Of a DNA stretch of 60,642 nt, positions 30,229 to 39,248 are shown piece after piece. The DNA is from Candidatus Hydrogenedens sp. (GTDB taxonomy: Bacteria; Hydrogenedentota; Hydrogenedentia; Hydrogenedentales; Hydrogenedentaceae), in the NCBI GenBank assembly GCA_049968235.1, contig JBMFRC010000019.1, forward strand, positions 1 to 60,642, written 5' to 3'. The translations under genes and the position numbers were made by a program. Position 1 is the first letter of the stretch, and each line of letters begins with the position of its first letter. Below the pieces are notes generated by a model, which saw only the letters and a list, made by a program, of their open reading frames with translations, had not been told where the DNA came from and did no database searches.

Positions 30229-30587
30229 AGTATATCTTTCCTTGTTAATGACCGCATATAATTTGAAGTGGCTGTATGAGAAATTAAGGGTACAAAAGGA
30301 GAGATGTGCATAGATAATCAAAAGATAAAAGAACTGACAGAAAATAACAAATAAAATGGGTAGAAGTAGAGATACATACTCTTGCATTTTAATTTTTCAT
30401 CGGAATTTTATCCCGTAAAAACATATATAACTTATACCCTAAATTCTTACACTAATTGTTAAGAGGTCTCGTATATAATATCCTATTTATTTACAATAAT
30501 CTGCCTCAATGAGAAAGTATCTGTATTATCTGACTCTTCTTATTAACAACATAAACTGGTTATAATGTAATTTATTTTAGAAAAATT

Positions 30588-31067
30588 TTATCGAGGTAGA
30601 GGTTTAATGTGCAATGCACAGATAGCAAGGGCAAGGGCATCAGCAGAATCATCCGGTCGGGGAATTACATCCAATAATAAGAGTCTCTGCACCATACTTT
30701 GCACCTGTATTTTTTCCGCTCTACCATACCCAACAAGAGCTATTTTAACTTCGGTTGGACTGAATTCAACTACCGGTATCTGCAGATGTGCGGTTGCAAG
30801 TAAAAGAACTCCGCGTGCTTGTGCAACATATATCCCATTGGTTACATTTTTTTCAAAATAGAGGCGTTCTATGGCAATAGTATCCGGCCTATATTTTTTT
30901 ATTAAATCTAAGGCATTTTGATAAATTATAGCCAGTCGTTCCGCTATATCTTTTGATGCAGGTGTTCGGATTGTCCCATGAGAGATATGGAAGTAGCGAG
31001 AACCTTTTTTATGAACGAGTCCATAGCCCGTAGTGGCTAAGCCGGGGTCAAATCCGAGAGCAATCAT
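30588..31067 (-). CDS. ruvC: Holliday junction resolvase RuvC
   Basis: N-terminus MIALGFDPGLATTGYGLV is the RNase-H-like RuvC start. 159 aa. Confidence 0.9.
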   Translation of the reverse strand: MIALGFDPGLATTGYGLVHKKGSRYFHISHGTIRTPASKDIAERLAIIYQNALDLIKKYRPDTIAIERLYFEKNVTNGIYVAQARGVLLLATAHLQIPVVEFSPTEVKIALVGYGRAEKIQVQSMVQRLLLLDVIPRPDDSADALALAICALHIKPLPR

Positions 31068-31075
31068 TACTCCGA

Positions 31076-31825
31076 TTATTCCGACATTGCTTCCGCCACA
31101 GCCTCATCGGTAATGTCCAGATTGGTATAAACATCTTGAACATCATCCATATCTTCCAGCGCTTCCATAAGTTTTAGCACGGAAGCAGCAGATTTGTTTT
31201 CGACGGAAATTAGATTTTTAGGTTTTAAGGTAAGTTTTGCTTCACCGATAGGAAGATTCATCTTTTCAAAATTTTGCAATACTGTATGTAAATCATTGGG
31301 TGCAGTATATACTTCATACATTTCCCCTTCTGTATCGACATCTTCGGCGCCTGCTTCCAGTGCTTTCTCCATAATATCATCTTCTGTTAAGTTCTCCTTC
31401 TTTACGGTAATCAAGCCTTTTTGGTCAAAATTCCATAACACTGCGCCGGCTTCTGCCATTGTCCCACCATGTTTAGTAACAACATGACGAACATCGGCAA
31501 CTGTTCTCCGTTTATTATCTGTCAAAACATCAACGACAATAGCCACTCCCGCAGGTCCATAGCATTCATAGCGAACCTCTTCATAAGCCTCACCACCTTC
31601 ACCCGAACCACGTTTTATGGCACGTTCAATGTTATCTTTTGGCATGTTTGCATTTCGACATGCTATTAACACGGTGCGAAGTCTTGAATTGGCTTCCGGG
31701 TCAGGACCACCCATCTTAACCGCTATTGAAATTTCTTTTGCCAATTTTGAGAAAATCTTCCCTCTTTTCGCATCCAGAGCACTTTTCTTGTGTTTAATGG
31801 TAGCCCATTTAGAATGTCCTGACAT
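31076..31825 (-). CDS. YebC/PmpR family DNA-binding transcriptional regulator
   Basis: N-terminus MSGHSKWATIKHKK is the YebC family signature. 249 aa. Upstream of ruvC, as commonly found. Confidence 0.9.
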   Translation of the reverse strand: MSGHSKWATIKHKKSALDAKRGKIFSKLAKEISIAVKMGGPDPEANSRLRTVLIACRNANMPKDNIERAIKRGSGEGGEAYEEVRYECYGPAGVAIVVDVLTDNKRRTVADVRHVVTKHGGTMAEAGAVLWNFDQKGLITVKKENLTEDDIMEKALEAGAEDVDTEGEMYEVYTAPNDLHTVLQNFEKMNLPIGEAKLTLKPKNLISVENKSAASVLKLMEALEDMDDVQDVYTNLDITDEAVAEAMSE

Positions 31826-31995
31826 CGGTTTTCTCCATAATTTCCCTGTTGTTTAAGTTAAATATTACTTCTTTGCTAAACCATAATTATATCAAAATCG
31901 AAATTATTATAGCAATAAGATTATAATCAAGCACATATTTTTGAAATTATTTTAACATTTTTGTAATTTATAATAACAGGTTTTCAGTAAAAATT

Positions 31996-32631
31996 ATGAC
32001 AGAAAAACTAATCCTATTTGACTTTGATGGTGTTATTGCAGATTCGTTTGAGATTTTCTTTCGTGAGTTTACCTCAGCATGCACAGAAATGGGGTTTGAC
32101 CGATTAAATTCAAAGGTGGCCTTTTTAAATTTATTTGAAGGAAATCTTTTGTTTAATATAGTCAAGGCAGGCTTTCCTCCATGGAAGTTACGAGAATTGT
32201 TTAATAGGTTTCAGCCCCGTATCGCAAAAGCGAATGATAGTGTCTCTGTATTTGATGGAATACGAGAAATGCTCGCGCATCTTTCTGCAAAATATCCCGT
32301 ATACATCATCAGTTCCAATCTTACAGAAGCAGTGCAAAGGTTCCTGGTTCGTGAAAAAATAGATACTATTCAGGATGTCCTTGGAGCGGATGTAGAGACC
32401 AGTAAGGTAAAGAAAATTAAACGTGTCTGGAAAAAGCATCCCGAATCAATTGCTTATTATATTGGCGATACAAGTGGTGATGTGTATGAAGGCAAAGAAG
32501 CCGGGGCTATTACAATTGCAGTTACATGGGGTTGGCATGAAATTGAGCGATTAATCAAAGCAAAACCCCATTATCTCGTTCACTCCCCAGAAGAGTTAGA
32601 ACAACTACTCTTATCGAAAACAATAGATTAA
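31996..32631 (+). CDS. HAD-superfamily hydrolase (phosphatase)
   Basis: Motif I LILFDFDGVIADS (DxDGV). 211 aa. Confidence 0.75.
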   Translation: MTEKLILFDFDGVIADSFEIFFREFTSACTEMGFDRLNSKVAFLNLFEGNLLFNIVKAGFPPWKLRELFNRFQPRIAKANDSVSVFDGIREMLAHLSAKYPVYIISSNLTEAVQRFLVREKIDTIQDVLGADVETSKVKKIKRVWKKHPESIAYYIGDTSGDVYEGKEAGAITIAVTWGWHEIERLIKAKPHYLVHSPEELEQLLLSKTID

Positions 32632-32671
32632 AGCGTTAAAATGAACTTGTAAAAAATTCACAGGGATAAGA

Positions 32672-35317
32672 TTATTCTATAATTGCAATTTGGTTCCAGT
32701 CGTTAATGCTTATATCAATAATGAAAAGATTCTCTTTCTGAGTTATTTTAAATTTATGTGGGATTTGTCTTCCTTTCAAATCAAAGAGAAACACTTGAGG
32801 TTTTTTATGCCATGTAAATGTTTTTGAAATTGATGTGATAATTCGTTCCTCGCCAATGAGATAGCCTTCATTTATTTCAACAGGAGTAAATGGGAACATG
32901 TGGTTGATAGGTCCATATTCTCCGGAACCTTCTCCTTCCAACGGGATAATATCTCCATAGTAATAATACAACAATCCATTTCTTAATGCAGTAATTACTG
33001 ATTTAATAATAATTTCTGCACATTTTTTCTTCCCTTCTTCTTCGAAGCGTTGCGGTCGGATACCCAAAATAATGGGAGTGGATAGGTGTCCTTTAGCACA
33101 ATATATCGTCAAAGGGGGTTTTTTATCCATGTAAGTTAGAGGATTTACTGGGTCGTTTTCAAATTCGGCAAATCGAAATACTTTTGGGATGTTTTGTTCT
33201 TCATTGGAACTCGGGAAACTGTTAATTACGGATATTCCACCTTTGGAGACGATATAATTGAGAATATCTTTCCGGGCTTCTGCTCCAATAAGTCCACAAT
33301 CGGTATATTTTTTTGTAATTTTCCCCGTAACTTCGTCAATATCTACTGTATAGCCGTCCCATTTTTCATAAGTATGTCTATCTACTCTTCCGATGGGTCC
33401 CCAATTCAGGGTAAATTGGTCGATATAAACACCATCCAGACCGACTTCATCCATCAGGAAGTCTATCTGGCTTTTAAAGAAGTTATAACGGTAATTGTTT
33501 CTTTCGATATATAACAATAAATTTAGGGTATCCGGACTGCTCGGATAATAAGTATCCACGATAACTCTACCATCCTCCGTTTGCAAAATAGAATCTAACC
33601 ATGTGTTAATGCCTGCTTTCAAAACCTCGCTTTGTTTTTTATCGAGAATGGCTCCATATTTTCCGGACCGAGGCATAGAACCGCCCGGAAGGATTTCTCC
33701 GCCTTTAATATTCCTTTTGTCTATAGTATACAAATTAGTTTCAGTCATACCCAATATGAACGTATCAGGCTGGGCTTGTTTAATCTTATCAATAATAGGT
33801 TTGACTTGCTTTTTATAATCTTCCCGCGTAAATATTTTGCCCGTCTCCGGATTTAAACTGTAATAATCCAGCCAGGGACCAACTGTATATATTTTAATTT
33901 TTCGTTCTGGAATAATCTGGTCGGAGAAAGCAAAAGGTCCCTCAATGGTATGATTTACACCCCATTCTCTTCGTACCTTGTTAATAAAGGTAAAATAATC
34001 CCCTCCTTTCGATGGATAAAGTGAAAATTGGAATATATAACTCCCGCCCCTGTCCAGACCAAAATGTTTTGCGGAATATTGGAACATATTACTTTTCTTT
34101 GTTATCTCACCTTGTGCCCGAAGCAAATTATCTTCTGCCAGAAAACCTAAGGATGTGTCTCTATAAGCCATAAAGATAGTTGGGTTCTCTGCCACTCCTG
34201 CTAGTCTCTCCATATCCTCAATACCTGCAATACGATATCGAACGGGCATATCTTCTAATATAATTTGATGTGTAATAATAATACCAACAGGTTCATCATT
34301 TTTATTTGTAATGGTTTCTTTTACCGATATTTTTTCACTCTTTGTCTCGATACTACATGTAATTGAATAGTCTTTACCTGAACCTTCGATAGATACCGAA
34401 TTATTCGAGATTTTTTGAATAGTTACTTTCCAATCGGGTGAATTCTCATATGTAGAATCGAAGGAGTTAAAACCGATTTTCTCGGAGGGGTATGAATAGA
34501 TACTAACGAGTTTATATTTTCCCTCTGCTATCTTAATTTCTGTTTCACCTCCTTCTCCAATATTGACGGTGTAATTATCGGTGGAAATACTTTCCCGAGT
34601 ATTTAACCAGGTATATGCAGTCATTTCCGGCTTTGAATATTTTTCCACGAATCCACTCGGTAGATAACCTATCTCAAGATTTTCAATGACCATATCGATG
34701 TTCTTACACGGAACATTCTTGTTAATATATGTATTGATAAAATCAATTTGATTCTTTTCTGCTTTTTCGATTCTCTCATCCGCCCCTATTTCAACATAAT
34801 GAACAACATCTGAAATATTTAATAAATACCAATAACCCTCTTCTTGATAATTCAATATACGCTCATCTAATTTTTCTCCATTCCCAAAATATGTAAGTAT
34901 CACAGGATAGCCATTTCTTGAACTCCACCATGCCTGTTCTCCTGGTATAGTTTTTAATGCAGTTCCGCGATTAATAAGGCGATTGTATCCACTTGACTGT
35001 TCTGAGAAAGAAGTCTGTTTATCTAATTTTTGTCCATTTATTTCGATTCCTAAATATTCATTCCAGCCACCGGGGGCATCTGTATGCAACCGTGCTTTAA
35101 ATTTCATAACCAGAATCATATCCTTTTTCTTCTCAAATGAAGGTAGTTCTACCGAATATTTACTAACATCCGTATCGTGAGAATGTATGATGATGGGAGT
35201 ATCCATTTTCCAAACAGAAGAAAAGACGTTCGTTTCACATAATGAAGCAGAATAAGACGAAATACAGGGACAAAGAAAAACAATGCATAATAAAAAATAT
35301 ACTATTTCTTTTTTCAT
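32672..35317 (-). CDS. Large secreted hypothetical protein (about 881 aa), possible glycoside-hydrolase-like
   Basis: The probable start is the Met of MKKEIVYFLLCIVFLCPC (signal peptide); the ORF extends to 35371. No motif confidently recognised. Rich in aromatic/Asp residues typical of carbohydrate-active enzymes. Confidence 0.4.
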   Translation of the reverse strand: MKKEIVYFLLCIVFLCPCISSYSASLCETNVFSSVWKMDTPIIIHSHDTDVSKYSVELPSFEKKKDMILVMKFKARLHTDAPGGWNEYLGIEINGQKLDKQTSFSEQSSGYNRLINRGTALKTIPGEQAWWSSRNGYPVILTYFGNGEKLDERILNYQEEGYWYLLNISDVVHYVEIGADERIEKAEKNQIDFINTYINKNVPCKNIDMVIENLEIGYLPSGFVEKYSKPEMTAYTWLNTRESISTDNYTVNIGEGGETEIKIAEGKYKLVSIYSYPSEKIGFNSFDSTYENSPDWKVTIQKISNNSVSIEGSGKDYSITCSIETKSEKISVKETITNKNDEPVGIIITHQIILEDMPVRYRIAGIEDMERLAGVAENPTIFMAYRDTSLGFLAEDNLLRAQGEITKKSNMFQYSAKHFGLDRGGSYIFQFSLYPSKGGDYFTFINKVRREWGVNHTIEGPFAFSDQIIPERKIKIYTVGPWLDYYSLNPETGKIFTREDYKKQVKPIIDKIKQAQPDTFILGMTETNLYTIDKRNIKGGEILPGGSMPRSGKYGAILDKKQSEVLKAGINTWLDSILQTEDGRVIVDTYYPSSPDTLNLLLYIERNNYRYNFFKSQIDFLMDEVGLDGVYIDQFTLNWGPIGRVDRHTYEKWDGYTVDIDEVTGKITKKYTDCGLIGAEARKDILNYIVSKGGISVINSFPSSNEEQNIPKVFRFAEFENDPVNPLTYMDKKPPLTIYCAKGHLSTPIILGIRPQRFEEEGKKKCAEIIIKSVITALRNGLLYYYYGDIIPLEGEGSGEYGPINHMFPFTPVEINEGYLIGEERIITSISKTFTWHKKPQVFLFDLKGRQIPHKFKITQKENLFIIDISINDWNQIAIIE

Positions 35318-35789
35318 GTATCTACTCCTTATATATTTAAAAGGAACTATTGAGATAGGAAAAAATCCCATTCCTTTTTTACATGCTTTTATACAACAAT
35401 TTATCTACATATTATATTAGATGCCATTATAAATGAAAGGTAAAACTATGTTGCATAATAGGTGTAAAAAACTTGCATTCACACGGATTCCATCCTACTT
35501 ATGCCGGGATTCATTAATAATTTGGAATGACGAAATATCTTTCGCCCAAATGTAGCATAGATATTTTTGCCTGTGGATGGAGTATATAGAGGAAGAAAAC
35601 AAAAACAAAATGTCTATTTTTTACTCCTATATTTATATTGGAAGGTCCCTGTTCATTTTATATGAAACAATATCATTGTTCCTTGGTTTAACTAAATTGA
35701 ATATTCGTTGCATCCCCTTTGCTGTATCCCTCTAAACAGTTTGATTTTTTTAATAAGAAGTATAAGGGTAGTTTAAGGAAAACCTTTAT

Positions 35790-36479
35790 TTATAGAATTT
35801 GTCTGTTTTCACTTATTTGATTATAAGCATTTGATCCTTTAAATTCAGTCAGCCAATGTTGAAATTTAAGAGGAATATTTTGTCTCTGAAGTTTCTTATT
35901 TTCTCTTTCTGTAATTGATATATTTCGATGATACCTTTGCCATAATTGCTGGAAAAAACTTTCCGCATCGGTATCCGAAGGAAGCGAGTCATGAAAAACA
36001 ACCTCATATAACTTTCCCTCTTCTACGAATAGGGCTTTCCTCCGTTTTATATCGTGAATTATAAATCGTTCATTATTAAATCGTCTCGAAAAATGCAGAG
36101 CAAGAGGAACTATTATGTTAAAATCAGAAGTATATGACGCATAAAGATATCCCCCTTCAATTTCATGAAAACGAAGTAAACCCATTAATTTATGAATTTG
36201 TCGCTGAATACTTCTTGCTGTCTTTATTACCTTGTAAACAATGGGGTCATTTATTTTTTCAACAGGAAATTTCTTATTCTCTTCGATGTGTTTTAGAAAA
36301 ATATGAATCTCTTCATATGTATTTTCAGAATCTGTTAAAAGATAGTATTTCAATATTTTCTGTATTGCAATAGGTGCCTTTTTAATTTGTTCTTCAATAT
36401 CATTTTTATTTACTTCTTGCGGGAATAACAGCCAATCTGTTTTTTCTGAAACCTTATTTTCAGGTAAGTTGAAGTTCAC
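35790..36479 (-). CDS. Putative DNA metabolism protein (DUF4130/TIGR03915-like), partner of radical SAM repair protein
   Basis: 229 aa. Translationally coupled (20-nt overlap) to the upstream radical SAM gene. Size and position match the conserved two-gene putative DNA modification/repair pair. Confidence 0.45.
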   Translation of the reverse strand: MNFNLPENKVSEKTDWLLFPQEVNKNDIEEQIKKAPIAIQKILKYYLLTDSENTYEEIHIFLKHIEENKKFPVEKINDPIVYKVIKTARSIQRQIHKLMGLLRFHEIEGGYLYASYTSDFNIIVPLALHFSRRFNNERFIIHDIKRRKALFVEEGKLYEVVFHDSLPSDTDAESFFQQLWQRYHRNISITERENKKLQRQNIPLKFQHWLTEFKGSNAYNQISENRQIL

Positions 36480-37725
36480 AGTTAAACAGGTCTCCTATGG
36501 TTATATCGTTACAAGATTTTCGTTCTAATAATTTTTCGGACAGTAGAGGATGTCCCAAAGGAATAGTTCCAAAATATTTTCCTTTGATAGTTATGAAATA
36601 AATAGCTCTTTTAATAACAACACCCAATTTTTTTAGGGTATCCATATCGAGTTTTCCTGTTTTTCTTGCCAGTATAATCCTTCGTGCTGATGTAGGACCT
36701 ATGCCCGGAACACGAAGTAATTGAAACATATCCGCCTGCATTATTTCCACTGGGAAAAACTGTAAATTTCTCAAAGCCCAGGATATTTTTGGGTCAAAAT
36801 GCTCATCAAGATTGGGATTGTTTTCTGTAAGAAGTTCGTCTAATGAGAATTTGTAAAACCGCAGAAGCCAGTCCGCTTGATATAAACGGTGTTCGCGTTG
36901 CAAAGGGGGACTTCCAATAGAAGGTAAAATAGGTTCTTGATTTAGTGGAACATAAGCAGAGTAGTACACTCGTTTTAACAGAATATTTCTATATAAGTAT
37001 TCGGAAAATCGTAAAATCTGCCAATCTGTTTCAGGTGTAGCCCCTATTATCATCTGCGTGCTTTGACCGCTCTTTGCATAAAAGCCCTTTCTTTTTGGAG
37101 AGGAAAGCAATTTCTCACGAATTGCATTTATTTTACGCATTGTCGCGATAGTTTTTTTCAAATCCTTTTGTGGTGCAAGCAATTTCAAAGAAGAGGTCGT
37201 AGGCAACTCTACATTAATACTTACCCTATCTGCCCAGAAAACTGCCTCCTCGATAGCATTCTCTTCTGCTCCCGGAAGTATTTTCATGTGGATATAACCA
37301 TTAAACCCATAGCGTTCCCTTAATATCTTTACCGTATCCAGCATAAGTTCCATTGTCCGATTGGCATCGTTAAATATTCCCGAACTCAGGAAAAGCCCTT
37401 CAATGTAATTTCTACGATAAAATTCGTATGTTATTTTTGCCAACTCTTCCGGAGCAATTGTTGTTCTGGCTATGTCATTCTTACATCGGTTAATGCAGTA
37501 TGCACAATCGTTATGACAATAATTGGTTTGTAGAGTTTTTAGAAGAGAAATACATCTTCCATCCGATGACCAACTATGGCATAACCCCCCTGACAGAGTA
37601 TTTCCTATCTTACCTTTTGTTGGTTTCCGTTCTACACCACTGGAGGCACAAGAAACATCATATTTTGCTCCACGAGTCAGTATATCTAATTTTTGTATTG
37701 TATCCGGAGATTTCTTTATTAACAT
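36460..37725 (-). CDS. Putative DNA modification/repair radical SAM protein (TIGR03916-like) with C-terminal helix-hairpin-helix
   Basis: CX3CX2C radical-SAM motif CHNDCAYC. C-terminal HhH-like LLRVPGIGPTSARRIILARKTG. 421 aa. Confidence 0.65.
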   Translation of the reverse strand: MLIKKSPDTIQKLDILTRGAKYDVSCASSGVERKPTKGKIGNTLSGGLCHSWSSDGRCISLLKTLQTNYCHNDCAYCINRCKNDIARTTIAPEELAKITYEFYRRNYIEGLFLSSGIFNDANRTMELMLDTVKILRERYGFNGYIHMKILPGAEENAIEEAVFWADRVSINVELPTTSSLKLLAPQKDLKKTIATMRKINAIREKLLSSPKRKGFYAKSGQSTQMIIGATPETDWQILRFSEYLYRNILLKRVYYSAYVPLNQEPILPSIGSPPLQREHRLYQADWLLRFYKFSLDELLTENNPNLDEHFDPKISWALRNLQFFPVEIMQADMFQLLRVPGIGPTSARRIILARKTGKLDMDTLKKLGVVIKRAIYFITIKGKYFGTIPLGHPLLSEKLLERKSCNDITIGDLFNCELQLT

Positions 37726-37898
37726 AAATTGATAATCATCCTTTTTATTACAGGCTTATAATATCACAGAAACAGATATACTGCAAATTTTTTCACTATA
37801 TAGAATGAGTTAATATGTGCTTTCTTTTGTAAAAAACGAAAGGGGACAGTAAAAACTGTCCCCTTAAAATTCCTTGCGAGGTCGGAAAAAGTTAAATA

Positions 37899-38912
37899 TT
37901 ATTGATAACCAGCTGCCTGAGAAATGATACCAATGACAACACCAACACTGGGCAGTATTGGTTCTGTAGCATTTACATCCGGGTTGTTCATATCAGTGGC
38001 ACCGATGTAGCGAATGAATTCAACATGGCCATCCATGTAAAGCACATTGCAACCACCAGGCAGATGGTTGAAGAAATCAATAGCACCATAAGCAGAGAAT
38101 TGGTCTAACATAACATAGACTTCACTCTGAGCATTGTTCGATGCGGCTGGATTATTAATATCCGTAATCAAGAACCTTTCAATACCTTCACGAAGCCTAT
38201 AGATAGTACTACCTCCTCCATTTCCAACACCTGCAGGAACAGAAATATCTTTATCAGTAATTCCTATCAATTGGGTTGCAGCTGCTTGGTTGGGAGAACT
38301 AATACAGGCACCTATGGGTGTAAGCGAATCATTGATAAGTTTGCTGACTGCTTCTGCCAGTTGAATAGGAACCGGAGCAGTACCGCTAACAGCACTACCA
38401 CCCATCAAAGAAATAAGAGAATTCAATGTTGAGTAGTTGCTTAATGGCGCTGTTCCCAATTCTTTATTACGGTCGAAAACCTAGCCCAGATAAGCATAAC
38501 TGGCATCCAGTCTTTCCGGTTCACAGGTTAAGTAACTGGTCCCATCTTGCTTTTTCAAATAGGCTGCAGTATCCCGTGCATCAGACGGACAAATTGCAAT
38601 GGCTGGGTCTGTCAGATACTCGGGGTAAATAGTATCTACCGCAGGTGCAGCCGCGATTGCAAACTTATAATTTTCACTGGGGTTTTCGCATTTTGTTCTG
38701 ACAACCTGCAACGGTGGGAACCTTTCTCCTTTGGCTTCGTTACAATACATCTTAAGTACGACACCCCACTGCTTCAGATTATTCTGGCAGGAGGAACGGC
38801 GGGCCGCTTCACGTGCACAGGCAAGTGCCGGCAGTAATATTGCGGCGATGATACTAATAATAGCGATGACGACGAGTAGTTCGATGAGCGTGAAACCTTG
38901 TTATTTCATAAC
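37899..38912 (-). pseudogene. DUF1559 prepilin-type (H-X9-DG) protein gene disrupted by two in-frame nonsense codons
   Basis: The minus-strand translation begins [50 protein letters not shown] at codon 3 sits where the intact paralog at 46208 has MKKHGFTL. The same frame continues through a second stop, TAG at 38481-38483, where the paralog has Trp (YLAW vs YLG*). It runs on to ...[17 protein letters not shown]. Both lesions are single-base substitutions and there are no frameshifts. Confidence 0.7.
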
Positions 38913-39248
38913 CCTACTCCTTTCCTTTTTCTTCTGTTACCCGAGTTCTCGGTATACTTAAGCCCTCGCAAGTCGCTCGGATAACATTCGGGGTTAATGT
39001 TGTTTATTAAACTATTAAAGAACACTTAAAACTACAGTATTATTAATACATAGTTATAACCTAAAAGTCAAATTTTTAGCAACCTAAATTCCATACAAAA
39101 GTAAAGTTATATAAATATTCCTGTCTTTCTCACAATCGTGGATTAATTTTTTTGTCAGTTCCATAAACACATCAGAAATGATTTAATAAAATCCAAATAT
39201 TTGCAAAAAACTATAAAAAACTAATGTGGTAAATACTGATAAAAAAAT

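Noticed and set aside
29830-30473. 12-bp perfect inverted repeats flanking the long intergenic region, read as a transposable element (MITE)
   Set aside because: A 12-bp inverted-repeat pair within 1 kb is expected several times by chance in 60 kb. There is no target-site duplication or transposase remnant. I kept it only as a minor point inside the intergenic-region finding.
37899-38912. Possibility that the in-frame TAA/TAG codons in the DUF1559 gene are recoded (stop-codon reassignment or selenocysteine/pyrrolysine-like)
   Set aside because: TAA and TAG terminate many well-supported genes in this same window at expected positions (for example hyp genes, glpK, ftsK). A Trp-to-TAG and Lys-to-TAA single-base change fit simple nonsense mutation or sequencing error better.
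38731-38961. Plus-strand ORF (76 aa), and the similar minus-strand ORF at 46150..46425, lying antisense to the DUF1559 N-termini and sharing sequence with each other (…RRAASRA.ASAG…)
   Set aside because: They are mirror images of the conserved prepilin-type N-terminal coding sequence on the opposite strand. Their similarity is a by-product of the paralogous sense genes, not evidence of antisense genes.
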